Shown piece by piece: positions 19,008 to 29,279 of a stretch of DNA of 64,000 bases (its first letter is position 1; each line of letters opens with the position of its first letter). The notes under the pieces are model-generated. The model did not search any database, had not been told where the DNA came from, and saw only the letters and a list, made by a program, of their open reading frames with translations. A program made the position numbers and the translations under genes. The DNA is taken from positions 448,001 through 512,000 of the forward strand of contig CBDBLV010000004.1 in the NCBI GenBank assembly GCA_965207225.1. The letters are read 5' to 3'. Source of the stretch: Dehalococcoidia bacterium (lineage in GTDB: Bacteria > Chloroflexota > Dehalococcoidia > Plut-88900).

Positions 19008-19757
19008 ATGGGCAGGCTGGCAGGGAAAGTCGCAATGATCACCGGCGCAGCCCACGGAATGGGCGCGGTAGACGCCCGACTCTTCTCTCAAGAGGGCGCC
19101 CGACTCGTCCTGTGCGACATCCTCGAGGAGGAAGGCGCTCGGGTGGAGGCCCGAATCAACGAATCTGGTGGCGAGGCCGTCTTTGTCCGCATGGACGTGA
19201 CCCTCGACGAAGACTGGCAGAGGGCCGTTCACGCCACCGTGGCCCGCTTCGGTCGTATCGACATCCTGGTCAACAACGCCGGCATCACCAGCACACCAAC
19301 CTCCGCCGGCAGCGAGAGTGAAAAATGGGACCGACTCCTGGACGTCAACGCCAAGGGCGCCTTTCTCGGGGCACAATACGTGGTGCCGGAGATGAAGAAG
19401 GTTGGAGGGGGATCCATAGTGAATATATCCTCCATCATGGGGATTGTGGGGTTGGGGGTGGGGCACTCCGGCTATGCAGCTTCCAAAGGGGCTGTCCGGC
19501 TCCTTACCAAGGACTTGGCCCTCCGTCACGGCCCCGACAACATTCGGGTTAACTCCGTACACCCGGGCTTTGCTCCGCCAATGTTGGGGTCGACTCGGGG
19601 CAAGGAGGAAGACGCCAAGCGTATCGCCGAGACCCCTCTAGGCAGGCTCACCAGCTACGAGGATGTCGCTAACGCCGTCCTTTTTCTTGCCTCCGACGAC
19701 GCCTCGTTCGTTACGGGCGCCGAACTGGTGGTAGACGGTGGCTTCACTGCCCGATGA
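19008..19757 (+). CDS. SDR family oxidoreductase
   Basis: TGAAHGMG, NNAG, YAASK, VVDGG. Confidence 0.93.
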   Translation: MGRLAGKVAMITGAAHGMGAVDARLFSQEGARLVLCDILEEEGARVEARINESGGEAVFVRMDVTLDEDWQRAVHATVARFGRIDILVNNAGITSTPTSAGSESEKWDRLLDVNAKGAFLGAQYVVPEMKKVGGGSIVNISSIMGIVGLGVGHSGYAASKGAVRLLTKDLALRHGPDNIRVNSVHPGFAPPMLGSTRGKEEDAKRIAETPLGRLTSYEDVANAVLFLASDDASFVTGAELVVDGGFTAR

Positions 19758-19841
19758 ACTCTTCTCCTCCGATTAGCGAGGGCTAAAGCTAGTGCCAAGG
19801 GGTTTGAGGCGTAAAGGGTGAGCCCATTTCCCTAAAGCGCC

Positions 19842-20591
19842 TCACTGCTCCAACTCCAACATCCGCCGTTCCGCCGCCTTCAATCTCCGCCTGTTCGCCA
19901 GCTTCGAAAGCCAGATCCCGATCTCGTACAAAACTATTATCGGGCTGGCAAGCAAAGTCTGGTTTACGGGATCAAAGGTCGGGGTGAAAATCGCTGCGGC
20001 TATGAAGGCCCCCAGCACCGCCAGCTTTCTCCGTTTCGCAAAACTGGCCGGTTTCACCACGCCCAACCTGGCCAATAATGTCATTACAAGCGGAGTCTGG
20101 AATGAAAGCCCGACCCACAAGGACAAGGCAAGGATCAAGTTGATGTATCGCCCGATTCTTATCTGAGGCTCCGCTACGTCTCCCCCGAAGTTGAACAGGA
20201 AGTTTATTGCCGGTGGCAAGAGTATGAACCAGGCGAACACTACCCCCGCAGCGAACGACAGGACAATGCCGGGAAGGGATACCAGCAGGTATCGCTTCTC
20301 CCGGGGCGTGAGGCCCGGGGCGGCAAACATGATCATCTGGTAGAGAATCACGGGCATTGCCAGAATGAGACCGCCGAGGAGCGCAACCTTAAAGTAAGTG
20401 GTGATGAACTCCGTGGGATCTATATAGACCAGGGGGGTGTCACCCGCAGGCCGTTTGAGAAATTCCAGGACGCGGAAGGTGAATACCGCCGCTATCCCAG
20501 TCCCGACCACCAGCGCCAAAAGTGACTTTATGAATCGATTCCTGAGCTCCCGCAGGTGCTCCAGCACCGATATCTTTTGGGGCGCGCTCAT
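19842..20591 (-). CDS. tatC: twin-arginine translocase subunit TatC
   Basis: EHLRELRNR, PGLTPREKR, AAIFTP.DP, LYEIGI. Confidence 0.95.
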   Translation of the reverse strand: MSAPQKISVLEHLRELRNRFIKSLLALVVGTGIAAVFTFRVLEFLKRPAGDTPLVYIDPTEFITTYFKVALLGGLILAMPVILYQMIMFAAPGLTPREKRYLLVSLPGIVLSFAAGVVFAWFILLPPAINFLFNFGGDVAEPQIRIGRYINLILALSLWVGLSFQTPLVMTLLARLGVVKPASFAKRRKLAVLGAFIAAAIFTPTFDPVNQTLLASPIIVLYEIGIWLSKLANRRRLKAAERRMLELEQ

Positions 20592-20881
20592 TACTCCACG
20601 GGCCCCGAGCGGTTGTGGGGTTCGGCGGACGCAACGTTGGAACTTGAGGCCCCTTGCTCCTCCTCCGCCCGGAAGTCCACCGGTTGTTCGACAGGCGATT
20701 CCGTCTCCGCCTTGGCTTCCTCGACTGCCGAAGATGCCATCCCCTGCGCAGTTCGCTGAAACTCCTGTAAAGCACCCCGGAGCGAGCTCACCACGGAAAT
20801 CAGCTTAGAGGGCCCAAACAGCACCAAGGCAAGGGCCAGGATGACCAGGATTTCCAGGATTCCTACGTTGAGCGGGTTCAA
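20591..20881 (-). CDS. TatA/TatB family subunit
   Basis: EILVILALALVLFGPSKL followed by an amphipathic helix; directly upstream of tatC; TTG start. Confidence 0.85.
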   Translation of the reverse strand: MNPLNVGILEILVILALALVLFGPSKLISVVSSLRGALQEFQRTAQGMASSAVEEAKAETESPVEQPVDFRAEEEQGASSSNVASAEPHNRSGPVE

Positions 20882-20985
20882 ACTTCACTCTTGAAAGTCG
20901 GGTATGTAAGCGTCTCAGCCCGGTAGTGAAGTATAGCACCCTGACGGCTCCCCACCCCTTCCCCCTCCCCCGAGACCCTGCTAAC

Positions 20986-21291
20986 ATGCCCCCGACCATG
21001 GAGCGGGAACAGTTGCAGCAGTTGATCCTGGATTCCGTCGAGGACTCCGACATAGCTCCCTTCAGAGGCAGGGTTCCCTTTGGTCTCGGCAGGTCTACAG
21101 CCCGGGCCTTGATGTTCAAGATAACCTGTCATTGCGGCGTCACCGCCATGCTTTCCGTCGATACCCCTGAGGACGCCACTGAAGAACGCATCCTCGAAAT
21201 GGTCCCCCATCTTGCCAAGGCCCTCGATAATCAGGCCGATCAGTTCAGGCGCTTCCCTTGCGAGGCCCATTCACGCATGTCGATGGGTTAG
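20986..21291 (+). CDS. hypothetical protein (CHC...C..H)
   Basis: Protein-like ORF co-oriented with, and ending 23 bp before, the downstream oxidase. Start is 20986 or 20998. Confidence 0.6.
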   Translation: MPPTMEREQLQQLILDSVEDSDIAPFRGRVPFGLGRSTARALMFKITCHCGVTAMLSVDTPEDATEERILEMVPHLAKALDNQADQFRRFPCEAHSRMSMG

Positions 21292-21314
21292 GCATCCCAT
21301 ACTTGGAGAAAATC

Positions 21315-22430
21315 ATGCAATCATCAGACGTAGTCATAGTCGGTGGAGGCATTGCCGGCTGTCTCACAGCATATTACCTTGGCAAAAAGGGGGTGAAGGC
21401 CACTGTTGTAGAGCGAGAGGCCATTGGGAGTCACGCCTCGGGGTACGCCTTCGGCGGACTGAGCTACCATAGCGGCTCGGGCATCCCCGGCCCGGTTTTT
21501 CCATTGGCCAAGGCTGGTTACTTTCTCCATCGGGACCTCTACGACGAATTACTTGAAGCTACGGGCGTCGATACCCATTACCGCAAGGGCGCCAACGTCA
21601 AGATGGCCTTCACCAACGATGAGGCCCGAGAACTCGATGAAGAGGTCGCCTGGCAGACCGAGCTTGGCATCGACTCCCGTATCCTTGACCTTGCTCAGGT
21701 GCAGGAAATTGAGCCCCGCGTTAACCCGGAAGGCATACGATTTCGATATATCGAAGAGTCAGCCGCCGTAGAGGCCTACCGACTCTCCGTAGCCGTCATG
21801 CAGGCCGCCGAGAAACTGGGCGCAGTCCTCAGGCACGGCAACGTTGTAGGCATAAAACGAGATGGCACCCGACCCAAATCCGTCGTCACCGAGAGCGGCG
21901 ACGAAATCCCCTGCGACACCGTAGTTGTGGCCATGGGCCCCTGGAGCACCGAAGCCGCGTCTTGGCTCGACTTTCCAGTACCGATCTGGCCTCTTAAGGG
22001 TCAGATAGTTCGGCTAGAGATGTCCGGGGATCCCTTGCGGTGCTGGTTCGGGTACCACGACAGCTACTGCGGCACCAAGGCCGATGGCCTCACCTGGTGC
22101 GGCACCACCGAGGAGGAAGCCGGTTTCGACGTGTCCACAAATGTCGCGGCCATGAACAGCGTCATGTCCGATGCGGTCAAGATGATCCCCTCTCTCGCCG
22201 ATGCCCGCGTCGCCCTTCAAACCGCCTGCCTGCGTCCCATGGCCTCGGACCTGATTCCGATAATCGGACAGGTCCCGGGTTGGGAGGGCGCCTACCTCTG
22301 CATTGGGGGAGGCCGCAAGGGCATCTTGCTCGGGCCTGGGATGGGCAAGGTCATCGCCGACCTGATAACCGACGGCTACTCAGGTATCAACCATTCCGGC
22401 CTCCTACCCTCCCGCTTCTCCAAAGACTAG
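21315..22430 (+). CDS. FAD-dependent oxidoreductase, glycine oxidase/DAO family
   Basis: DVVIVGGGIAG, PLKGQI, CLRP..D..PIIG, GILLGP. Confidence 0.88.
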   Translation: MQSSDVVIVGGGIAGCLTAYYLGKKGVKATVVEREAIGSHASGYAFGGLSYHSGSGIPGPVFPLAKAGYFLHRDLYDELLEATGVDTHYRKGANVKMAFTNDEARELDEEVAWQTELGIDSRILDLAQVQEIEPRVNPEGIRFRYIEESAAVEAYRLSVAVMQAAEKLGAVLRHGNVVGIKRDGTRPKSVVTESGDEIPCDTVVVAMGPWSTEAASWLDFPVPIWPLKGQIVRLEMSGDPLRCWFGYHDSYCGTKADGLTWCGTTEEEAGFDVSTNVAAMNSVMSDAVKMIPSLADARVALQTACLRPMASDLIPIIGQVPGWEGAYLCIGGGRKGILLGPGMGKVIADLITDGYSGINHSGLLPSRFSKD

Positions 22431-22557
22431 CCCCACCCTTTTTCGGTTGGTTTTTCCTGTAGAGGCAATCCCCTCTGGTTTCCCAAGCCCGATGAGTCGG
22501 CTGATCCTGAGGTCTCCGAAGTGTTCGCAGGAGGGGATTCACCCATTGATCCTCCTC

Positions 22558-22595
22558 AAAAGAAAAACCGGGCTGTCAGCTAAGCCAACAACCCG
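22558..22595 (-). terminator. intrinsic terminator after rpsT
   Basis: Minus strand CGGGTTGTTGGC-TTA-GCTGACAGCCCG followed by GTTTTTCTTTT. Confidence 0.75.
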
Positions 22596-22635
22596 ACCAA
22601 TCCACTGGCTCTTGGGGTTATAAGTCGAGGTAGTC

Positions 22636-22965
22636 CTACTTCTTCTTCGAACTGCTCCGTCTCTGGGACCCGGCTCTCGGCTTGGCTGCCGGCGTCGGGT
22701 CGCTCATCATCTTGTTGAGCCCGCGCGTAAGCCTGGATGCCAGCCTGGACGCCTTGTTCCGGTGGATATACCCCCGGGATCCGGCCCTGTCCAGTAACGA
22801 CACTGCCGTCCGCGTCGACTTCTGTGCCGCTGCGATGTCTCCGCTCTCCGTAGATTTCCTGGCCGTCTTGATATGCGTCCTGAGCGGACTTACCACCCGA
22901 CGGTTGATTGCTGCCTTACGAGCCGAAACTCTCGCCGATTTTTCTGCTGATTTTGAATTGGCCAA
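22636..22965 (-). CDS. rpsT: 30S ribosomal protein S20
   Basis: MANSKSAEK...N......LRT.IK...LDRA...G.IHRNKASR..SRL; basic C-terminal tail; TTG start. Confidence 0.93.
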   Translation of the reverse strand: MANSKSAEKSARVSARKAAINRRVVSPLRTHIKTARKSTESGDIAAAQKSTRTAVSLLDRAGSRGYIHRNKASRLASRLTRGLNKMMSDPTPAAKPRAGSQRRSSSKKK

Positions 22966-22992
22966 CTTTCTGTCTTCCTTCCGGGACCCGTA

Positions 22993-25176
22993 CTAACTTC
23001 CCGTCACGACGGCCTGTGCATTTTGATCGCTTCTCCTGACCCTTAGCACTCCCGGCACTTTCTCCAGCCTGTTGAAAATCCTGCTCAACTGGCTGATGCC
23101 GTTAGTTCCAAGGCTCAGGTACTCCGTCACCGTGCCGTCTTGATGTGTCTCCGTTATTACTCCCGATATGTTTACTTTCTCTGCCGAAACTACAGTGGTT
23201 ATGTCTCTCAACAACCCCACCCTGTCGTTGCCTTCTATTTCGATTCTAACAGGATACAGTCTTGCAGTCGAACCCCAGCCCACTTCGATAAGCCTCTCAG
23301 GTTCCGTCACGTTCGTTATATTATGGCACGACTTCCGATGTACGCTGACACCCTGCGCCCGAGTGATGAACCCCATGATTTCGTTGCCGGGTAGGGGTTG
23401 GCAGCACTTTGCCAATCGGGTGAGGACGTCATCCACGCCCAGAACAGTCACCCCCGTATCGAACCCCGATTGCATCTGTATCCCGGAACCGGTGTCGGGG
23501 GTCTGCTTCTCTGTCCCGGACAAGCGCGTCGTGATCTGGTGGATGCTGATGGCGCCCGAGCCAACCGCCGCATACAGGTCTTCTCTGGTGGTAAAGCTGA
23601 GCTTATCCGCAATCTCATCCACCGTGTGGTCCAGGGCTAGTCGCCTCCGTTCTTTTTCGATCAGCTCCTGTCCTCGCTGGATGTTCTCAGCCCGCTCCTG
23701 CTTCCTGAACCACAAGCGGATGGCCTGTCGGGCCCCGGCGGTTTGCACGTACCCCAGGTCGGGGTTCAGCCAGTCGAGCCTCGGGCCCGGAACCTTATTG
23801 CTGGTCAGTATCTGGACGGTGTCCCCATTCTCCAGTTGGTGGTCCAGCGCCGTGAGCTTTCCATTTACCTTGGCCCCGCTGCACTTGTGTCCGATATCCG
23901 TGTGAATCCGATATGCGAAGTCGATAGGCGTTGCCCCTGCGGGCAGTTCTTTAACCTCACCTTTAGGGGTGTATACAAACACCTGGTTTGGCAGTAGATC
24001 GGTCTTGACAGATTCCAGGAATTCCTCCGCACCCGACACCTCTCTCTGCCATTCCAGCAACTGCCGCACCCAAGTCATTCTGTCCTCGAAGTGGCTGGTG
24101 CCCTTGGCGCCTTCTTTGTACCGCCAGTGTGCCGCAATCCCGAACTCCGAGACCTGGTGCATCTCGTGAGTGCGGATCTGGATCTCCATCGGGACTCCGC
24201 CCTCGGCGATTACGCTGGTGTGCAGGGACTGGTAACTGTTCTCCCGAGGGTTGGCAATGTAGTCGTCAAACTGGCCCGGTATCGGATGCCAGAGCCCGTG
24301 GGTAATCCCCAGTGTGGCATAGCAGTCCACCACCTTGTCCACCAGCACCCGCAATGCGAAAAGGTCGTGGATCTGGTCGAATTCCTTGCCCTGCGCTGCA
24401 TACTTCGCCATCTTCCGGTGAATGCTGTAAATGTGCTTCGGCCTCCCAGTAACGTCGGCCTCTATGCCCGCATCGTCCAAGGCTGCCTTCAGTAAATGGG
24501 TCACCTGCGATACGTATCGTTCTCGCTTTTCCCTCTTCTGCGTCAGCAACCGGGAGATCTCGCGGTACCTGTCGGGTTGAAGGACGCGGAAAGCCAGGTC
24601 CTCCAGCTTCCACTTCAGGTCCGCCATCCCGAGCCTGTGGGCCAGGGGGGCATAGATGTCCAGGGTCTCCCGGGCAATGTTCAGCTGTCTCTGCCGCGGT
24701 AGTGCCCTTAGTGTGCTCATGTTGTGTAGCCGGTCGGCCAGCTTTATGAGCACCACCCGGATGTCCTGGGCCATGGCGACCAGCATCTTCCGGAGGTTCT
24801 CGGCCTGGGTCGCCGAGTCGTCCATACCGTGTCCGTTGTCCCGACGAATCGCCAGCAGTTCCAGCCTAGTCAGCTTGGAAACCCCGTCTACAAGCCGCGT
24901 CACCTCGGGTCCGAACTTCTCGTCCAGCTCATCGGGAGAGACATCACAGTCCTCCAGCACGTCGTGGAGCAGGGCAGCCGCTATGCAATTCGCGTCCAGC
25001 TTCAGGTCAGCCAGGTGGAGCGCTGTTGAGAGCGGATGATGGATGTACGGCTCGCCGGACCTGCGTACCTGCCCCTCGTGACTGAGCTCGGCAAAGTCGT
25101 ATGCTTCTCCCACAAACCCGACCCGGTCCTCCGGCAGGTATCTTTCCAGACTGGTCAGCAGCTTCTCTTTAGTCAT
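22993..25176 (-). CDS. rel: bifunctional (p)ppGpp synthetase/hydrolase
   Basis: HD motif (LLHDVLED), KLADRLHNM, GRPKHIYSI, YQSLHT, TGS and ACT domains. Confidence 0.95.
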   Translation of the reverse strand: MTKEKLLTSLERYLPEDRVGFVGEAYDFAELSHEGQVRRSGEPYIHHPLSTALHLADLKLDANCIAAALLHDVLEDCDVSPDELDEKFGPEVTRLVDGVSKLTRLELLAIRRDNGHGMDDSATQAENLRKMLVAMAQDIRVVLIKLADRLHNMSTLRALPRQRQLNIARETLDIYAPLAHRLGMADLKWKLEDLAFRVLQPDRYREISRLLTQKREKRERYVSQVTHLLKAALDDAGIEADVTGRPKHIYSIHRKMAKYAAQGKEFDQIHDLFALRVLVDKVVDCYATLGITHGLWHPIPGQFDDYIANPRENSYQSLHTSVIAEGGVPMEIQIRTHEMHQVSEFGIAAHWRYKEGAKGTSHFEDRMTWVRQLLEWQREVSGAEEFLESVKTDLLPNQVFVYTPKGEVKELPAGATPIDFAYRIHTDIGHKCSGAKVNGKLTALDHQLENGDTVQILTSNKVPGPRLDWLNPDLGYVQTAGARQAIRLWFRKQERAENIQRGQELIEKERRRLALDHTVDEIADKLSFTTREDLYAAVGSGAISIHQITTRLSGTEKQTPDTGSGIQMQSGFDTGVTVLGVDDVLTRLAKCCQPLPGNEIMGFITRAQGVSVHRKSCHNITNVTEPERLIEVGWGSTARLYPVRIEIEGNDRVGLLRDITTVVSAEKVNISGVITETHQDGTVTEYLSLGTNGISQLSRIFNRLEKVPGVLRVRRSDQNAQAVVTGS

Positions 25177-25372
25177 CTCTTACACTCAGGCAAATCGGCA
25201 TGAATCAGTATAGTACGGCCAGGCTAAACCCTTCAATTCAATCTCCTAGTATCATACCGGAATTACGTTCGGCGACCTTTCCCGGTATAAGGGTCAATCC
25301 CCCGTCGAACAATTCTCCTGCCCAATGAAAACGCGGTGTTATCCGAAGATGTAGTTTCGAATATTTAGATAG

Positions 25373-26236
25373 CTATTGCAGTCCATTAGATAAAGGAATC
25401 CTTACCATCATTCGCTCAACATTCCTACGGGCGGCAATCGCGTCTATCTGTGCCTTAACTAGCTTGTCTAGTTCACTATCGGCCTGATAATCGGCTGGAG
25501 CGATAGAGTGGACTCGCCCGTCGGCAAGGAATCTCTCGGCTTTCTCACGAGCAAACTTCGTCTTGGGCTTGTAAACTGCAATGGAGAAACCTCCTAGTTC
25601 CTTGACTAACCTGAAGCAAGGAATATCAGTTACTCCATCCCCTATGTAGATCATATTCTCAAACGGAACCGGACGGCCTTTCATCGCTACGAAATTGTTG
25701 ATCTTGTTATCATCAGTCAGTTCATGCGCACACTTATTGATTCTAAACAGAAACTGCGTTTTGGTTGTGTAATTCACTGCTTGAGCCGGCCAAATCGCAA
25801 CTTTGTTGTGATTAAACATGAACCGAGATGCGTAAATGGCTTTCAATTTCTTGGCGATTGGTGTTCCTTCGATAATTTCAGCATTGCCCGATGAGACAAT
25901 ATAGTGCTCCCCGATAACGTCCCTGGACTCACTGTAGGCATTGATACGGTCAAACCAATCCTTGACGCCGTCAAACAAAACAACACTACGACCACGTTCA
26001 CGAAAGTCCTGAAGATGAACACGGACTTCTTTTTCGTCCGCCTTTCTTAGCATAAGGTGCATATACATTAGGATCTTGTCAGCCTTATGCATCTCGCAAA
26101 GGTGGTTGACTTCGGCCCAAAAGTCTTTCGGGCTCATCCCGATGGCAGGAATGAACTGTGGTTCTTGCATGTTGCCAGGGGCAAGTGTCCCATCAAAGTC
26201 GTAGATTATTGCTAATCGAGTATTCTGCTTAGGCAT
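25373..26236 (-). CDS. HAD-like hydrolase
   Basis: YDFDGTL, IVSSG, TKTQFLFRINK, YIGDGVTDIPC; AT-rich relative to neighbours. Confidence 0.85.
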   Translation of the reverse strand: MPKQNTRLAIIYDFDGTLAPGNMQEPQFIPAIGMSPKDFWAEVNHLCEMHKADKILMYMHLMLRKADEKEVRVHLQDFRERGRSVVLFDGVKDWFDRINAYSESRDVIGEHYIVSSGNAEIIEGTPIAKKLKAIYASRFMFNHNKVAIWPAQAVNYTTKTQFLFRINKCAHELTDDNKINNFVAMKGRPVPFENMIYIGDGVTDIPCFRLVKELGGFSIAVYKPKTKFAREKAERFLADGRVHSIAPADYQADSELDKLVKAQIDAIAARRNVERMMVRIPLSNGLQ

Positions 26237-26505
26237 TACGTTTCCTAACTGCCTGTAACTACCATCAGTGCCTTCGGTTTGCCCTGACGCCTTATATGAT
26301 CGGCGCTAAGTCGCAGATGATCAGGTAGACCAATCATCGGGCCTCCCCATACACACTATTTTAGAGTGTTCCCGCAACGTTTGCAGTCAATATGCCTGAT
26401 TATTTGACTTGTGAGTTTTGAGCCACTTTGCTTCCTTGATGAGAGAGTTCAGCTTTAGGCCCTGATACAAGAATCCCCATCCTGCCAATCCGCTAAAATC
26501 CACCC

Positions 26506-27594
26506 ATGGCTCCCGACTCCTGGCGCTACATCCTTCACGCAGACCTCGACGCCTTTTACGCTTCCGTCGAGCAAATGGACAACCCCGAATACAAGGGAAA
26601 GCCCTTGGTGGTCGGCGGCTCACCCACTGTTCGCGGTGTTGTGGCTGCAGCCTCCTACGAGGCCCGTGAATTCGGCATCCGATCCGCCATGCCCATGCGT
26701 ACCGCCGTGCGTCTTCACCCTCCCGTCATACGCGTCTCACCCCGTTTCGACCGCTACCGGGAGCTCTCCGAACAAGTCATGGCCGTCTACCGGGCTCTGA
26801 CTCCCCTCGTAGAGCCCCTCTCCCTTGACGAGGCCTACCTGGACATCAGCCAGAAGGCGCCCCGAGGTTTTGTCCAGCGTACGGCGGCCAAGCTGAAGAC
26901 GGACGTCCGAAATACTACTGGCCTCCCCGTCACCGTTGGGGGCGGAATCTCCAAGACCGTGGCAAAGATAGCTTCCCAGCTCGGCAAGCCCGATGGCCTC
27001 CTCTTGGTCAGGCCCGGCGAAGAGCAGGACTTCCTCAGACCCCTTGATGTGGGTCTGCTCTGGGGTGTCGGAGAAAAGTCCGCTGAGCTGCTGCGCCGCT
27101 ACGGAATCGACACCATTGGTGACCTTGCCGACCGCAAGGCAGCCTGGCTGAGCCATACTTTTGGCAAGCGCGGCCCCGAGCTCAAGGCCCGGGCGCTGGG
27201 CATCGACCACGAACCCGTCGTTCCTTCCAGAGAGACCAAGTCGGTCAGTTCGGAGACTACTTTTCCCAACGATGTGGGCGACCTTGATCATTTGGAAGGC
27301 ATCCTGCTGGACCTATCGCAGGAAGTAAGTGACAGGCTTAGAAAGGATGGACTGCGGGGACGGACCGTATCAATCAAGCTCCGTCTAGCCGACTTCACCA
27401 CTTTCACCCGACAGCAGACCCTACAGGCAACCGTAGACGATACTGACGATATTTTTCGCGCCGCCCGGGTCCTCCTCCGCCGAGAAATGAAACCGGGCCT
27501 CGAGTTCAGGCTCCTAGGGGTAGGGGTCTCGGGATTCCAGGATTTTGGCCAGCTTCCATTATTTCCGATCGGCGAAGGCGAAGTCGATCCCTGA
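26506..27594 (+). CDS. dinB: DNA polymerase IV
   Basis: LHADLDAFYASVEQ, SYEAR, SLDEAYLD, AKIAS...KPDG. Confidence 0.95.
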   Translation: MAPDSWRYILHADLDAFYASVEQMDNPEYKGKPLVVGGSPTVRGVVAAASYEAREFGIRSAMPMRTAVRLHPPVIRVSPRFDRYRELSEQVMAVYRALTPLVEPLSLDEAYLDISQKAPRGFVQRTAAKLKTDVRNTTGLPVTVGGGISKTVAKIASQLGKPDGLLLVRPGEEQDFLRPLDVGLLWGVGEKSAELLRRYGIDTIGDLADRKAAWLSHTFGKRGPELKARALGIDHEPVVPSRETKSVSSETTFPNDVGDLDHLEGILLDLSQEVSDRLRKDGLRGRTVSIKLRLADFTTFTRQQTLQATVDDTDDIFRAARVLLRREMKPGLEFRLLGVGVSGFQDFGQLPLFPIGEGEVDP

Positions 27595-27661
27595 TCTCTG
27601 TTACCCTTCCTTCTACGATATAATCATTTCGTTCCTGGACCTCGTCACGGAGGATACTTTT

Positions 27662-28606
27662 ATGCAGTTCGGATGCACCCTTCCCAATCGTGGTGAACTT
27701 ACGTCTGCCGAGAATCTGAAGCTCATGGCCCAGACCGCCGAAAAAAACGGCTACGATTCCGTGTGGGTCAGCGACCATATTGTCATCCCCACCAACATCG
27801 CTCCCCTCTACCCTTATAGTGATTCCGGTGAAATGCCCTTTGAGGGCGACACCCCTTACTGTGAACCCCTTACGACGCTCGCATATCTTGGTGGCGTAAC
27901 CAACTCTGTCCGGCTGGGAACCCATGTCCTTGTCCTTCCTTACCGCAACCCCGTTCTGGCGGCCAAAATGGTCTCGACATTGGACTTCCTGACCGGCGGA
28001 CGGATGATCCTCGGCATCGGCGCAGGTTGGATGGAGGAGGAGTTTGAAGCCCTTGACTCCCCTCCCTTCGAAGAACGAGGTCGCGTGACGGATGAATATA
28101 TTGCCCTCTTCCGCGAGCTCTGGACTAACCCCTTCCCCGAGTTCAAGGGCCGGTTCGCTCACGCTTCCGGATACAACTTCTCTCCCAGACCCGTTCAACA
28201 TGACGGCATCCCTATATGGGTCGGGGGGCACAGCGGCCCGGCCATAAGACGTACCGCCAAACTGGGCGACGCCTGGCTGCCCATAGGCCTTCGCGGCACC
28301 GCGGGCCTTGAACCCGATGAACTGAAGGGGAAAATCCATCTTCTCGGCTCCCTAGCGGAGAAGGCAGGTCGGAACCCAGCTTCCATATCCGTCTGCTTCA
28401 GCACCGACCTCGGTTTTGACTATGGCGGAGGCGATGCCGGACGCCGCACCCTTTCCGGGTCCGACGAGCAAATCGCCGAGGACATTCGCCGCTACGCCGA
28501 TGTGGGCGTTGACTATTTCCTCTTCTCCTACAGGTCGGGTTCCATAAGCGAAGCCCTGGAATCCATGGAACGGTTCGCCTCCGATATCAAACCCCTGGTC
28601 GCATGA
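27662..28606 (+). CDS. LLM class F420-dependent oxidoreductase
   Basis: VWVSDH, PYRNPVLAAKMVSTLD, GIGAGW, PIWVGG; GGAGG RBS. Confidence 0.9.
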   Translation: MQFGCTLPNRGELTSAENLKLMAQTAEKNGYDSVWVSDHIVIPTNIAPLYPYSDSGEMPFEGDTPYCEPLTTLAYLGGVTNSVRLGTHVLVLPYRNPVLAAKMVSTLDFLTGGRMILGIGAGWMEEEFEALDSPPFEERGRVTDEYIALFRELWTNPFPEFKGRFAHASGYNFSPRPVQHDGIPIWVGGHSGPAIRRTAKLGDAWLPIGLRGTAGLEPDELKGKIHLLGSLAEKAGRNPASISVCFSTDLGFDYGGGDAGRRTLSGSDEQIAEDIRRYADVGVDYFLFSYRSGSISEALESMERFASDIKPLVA

Positions 28607-28634
28607 TCTTTCCCCTTCCCATTCAGGGTCTCCC

Positions 28635-29273
28635 GTGAGCGTGGACCCGACCCGATTCGACCTCCAGCGCATCCACACCGCCCGAGACGTCAATGAGCTC
28701 TCCGAGCGCTACGATCAAATGGCGGAGAAGTATGACGAGTCCCTCGGAGGTGAATGGGGCTGGACATCCCCCGAATACACTGCCGAAGTCCTCTCTCGGT
28801 ACGCCACACCCGACGCCCGAGTCCTCGACGCGGGCGCAGGCACCGGCCTCGTCGGGGAATGTCTCTTCAGACGCGGCTACCGGGACCTTTTCGGTATTGA
28901 CATGGCCCACCAGATGATGAAGCAAGCCATCCCCAAGAATGTATACCGGGGCCTCTACCGCGTCGAGCTGGGAAACCCTCTGCCATTCCACTCCAACCAG
29001 TTCGACGCCGTAATCTCCGTCGGCACCATGGCCATGGGTCACGCTCCCGCCAGCTGTCTCGAAGAGCTGGTCCGCGTCACCCGGCCTGGTGGTCACATCG
29101 CCTACACCCTAAGGCCAGTCGTCTACGCTCACATGGGATTCAAGGACGTTCAGGACATCCTGGTGGCCCGAGGCGAGTGGAAGTTCCTTGATAAGACTCT
29201 ACCCTTTGCCCCCATGCCCAAGAAAGCCCCAGACTTCTATTACGAAGTCTGGGTCTTCCAGGTCACCGGATAG
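28635..29273 (+). CDS. class I SAM-dependent methyltransferase
   Basis: VLDAGAGTG, FDAVIS, RVTRPGG. Confidence 0.88.
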   Translation: MSVDPTRFDLQRIHTARDVNELSERYDQMAEKYDESLGGEWGWTSPEYTAEVLSRYATPDARVLDAGAGTGLVGECLFRRGYRDLFGIDMAHQMMKQAIPKNVYRGLYRVELGNPLPFHSNQFDAVISVGTMAMGHAPASCLEELVRVTRPGGHIAYTLRPVVYAHMGFKDVQDILVARGEWKFLDKTLPFAPMPKKAPDFYYEVWVFQVTG

Positions 29274-29279
29274 TTTCCG

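Noticed and set aside
26260-26295. c-di-GMP-I riboswitch-like GGGCAAACC (minus strand)
   Set aside because: The remaining consensus (second stem, GCAAAG) is absent.
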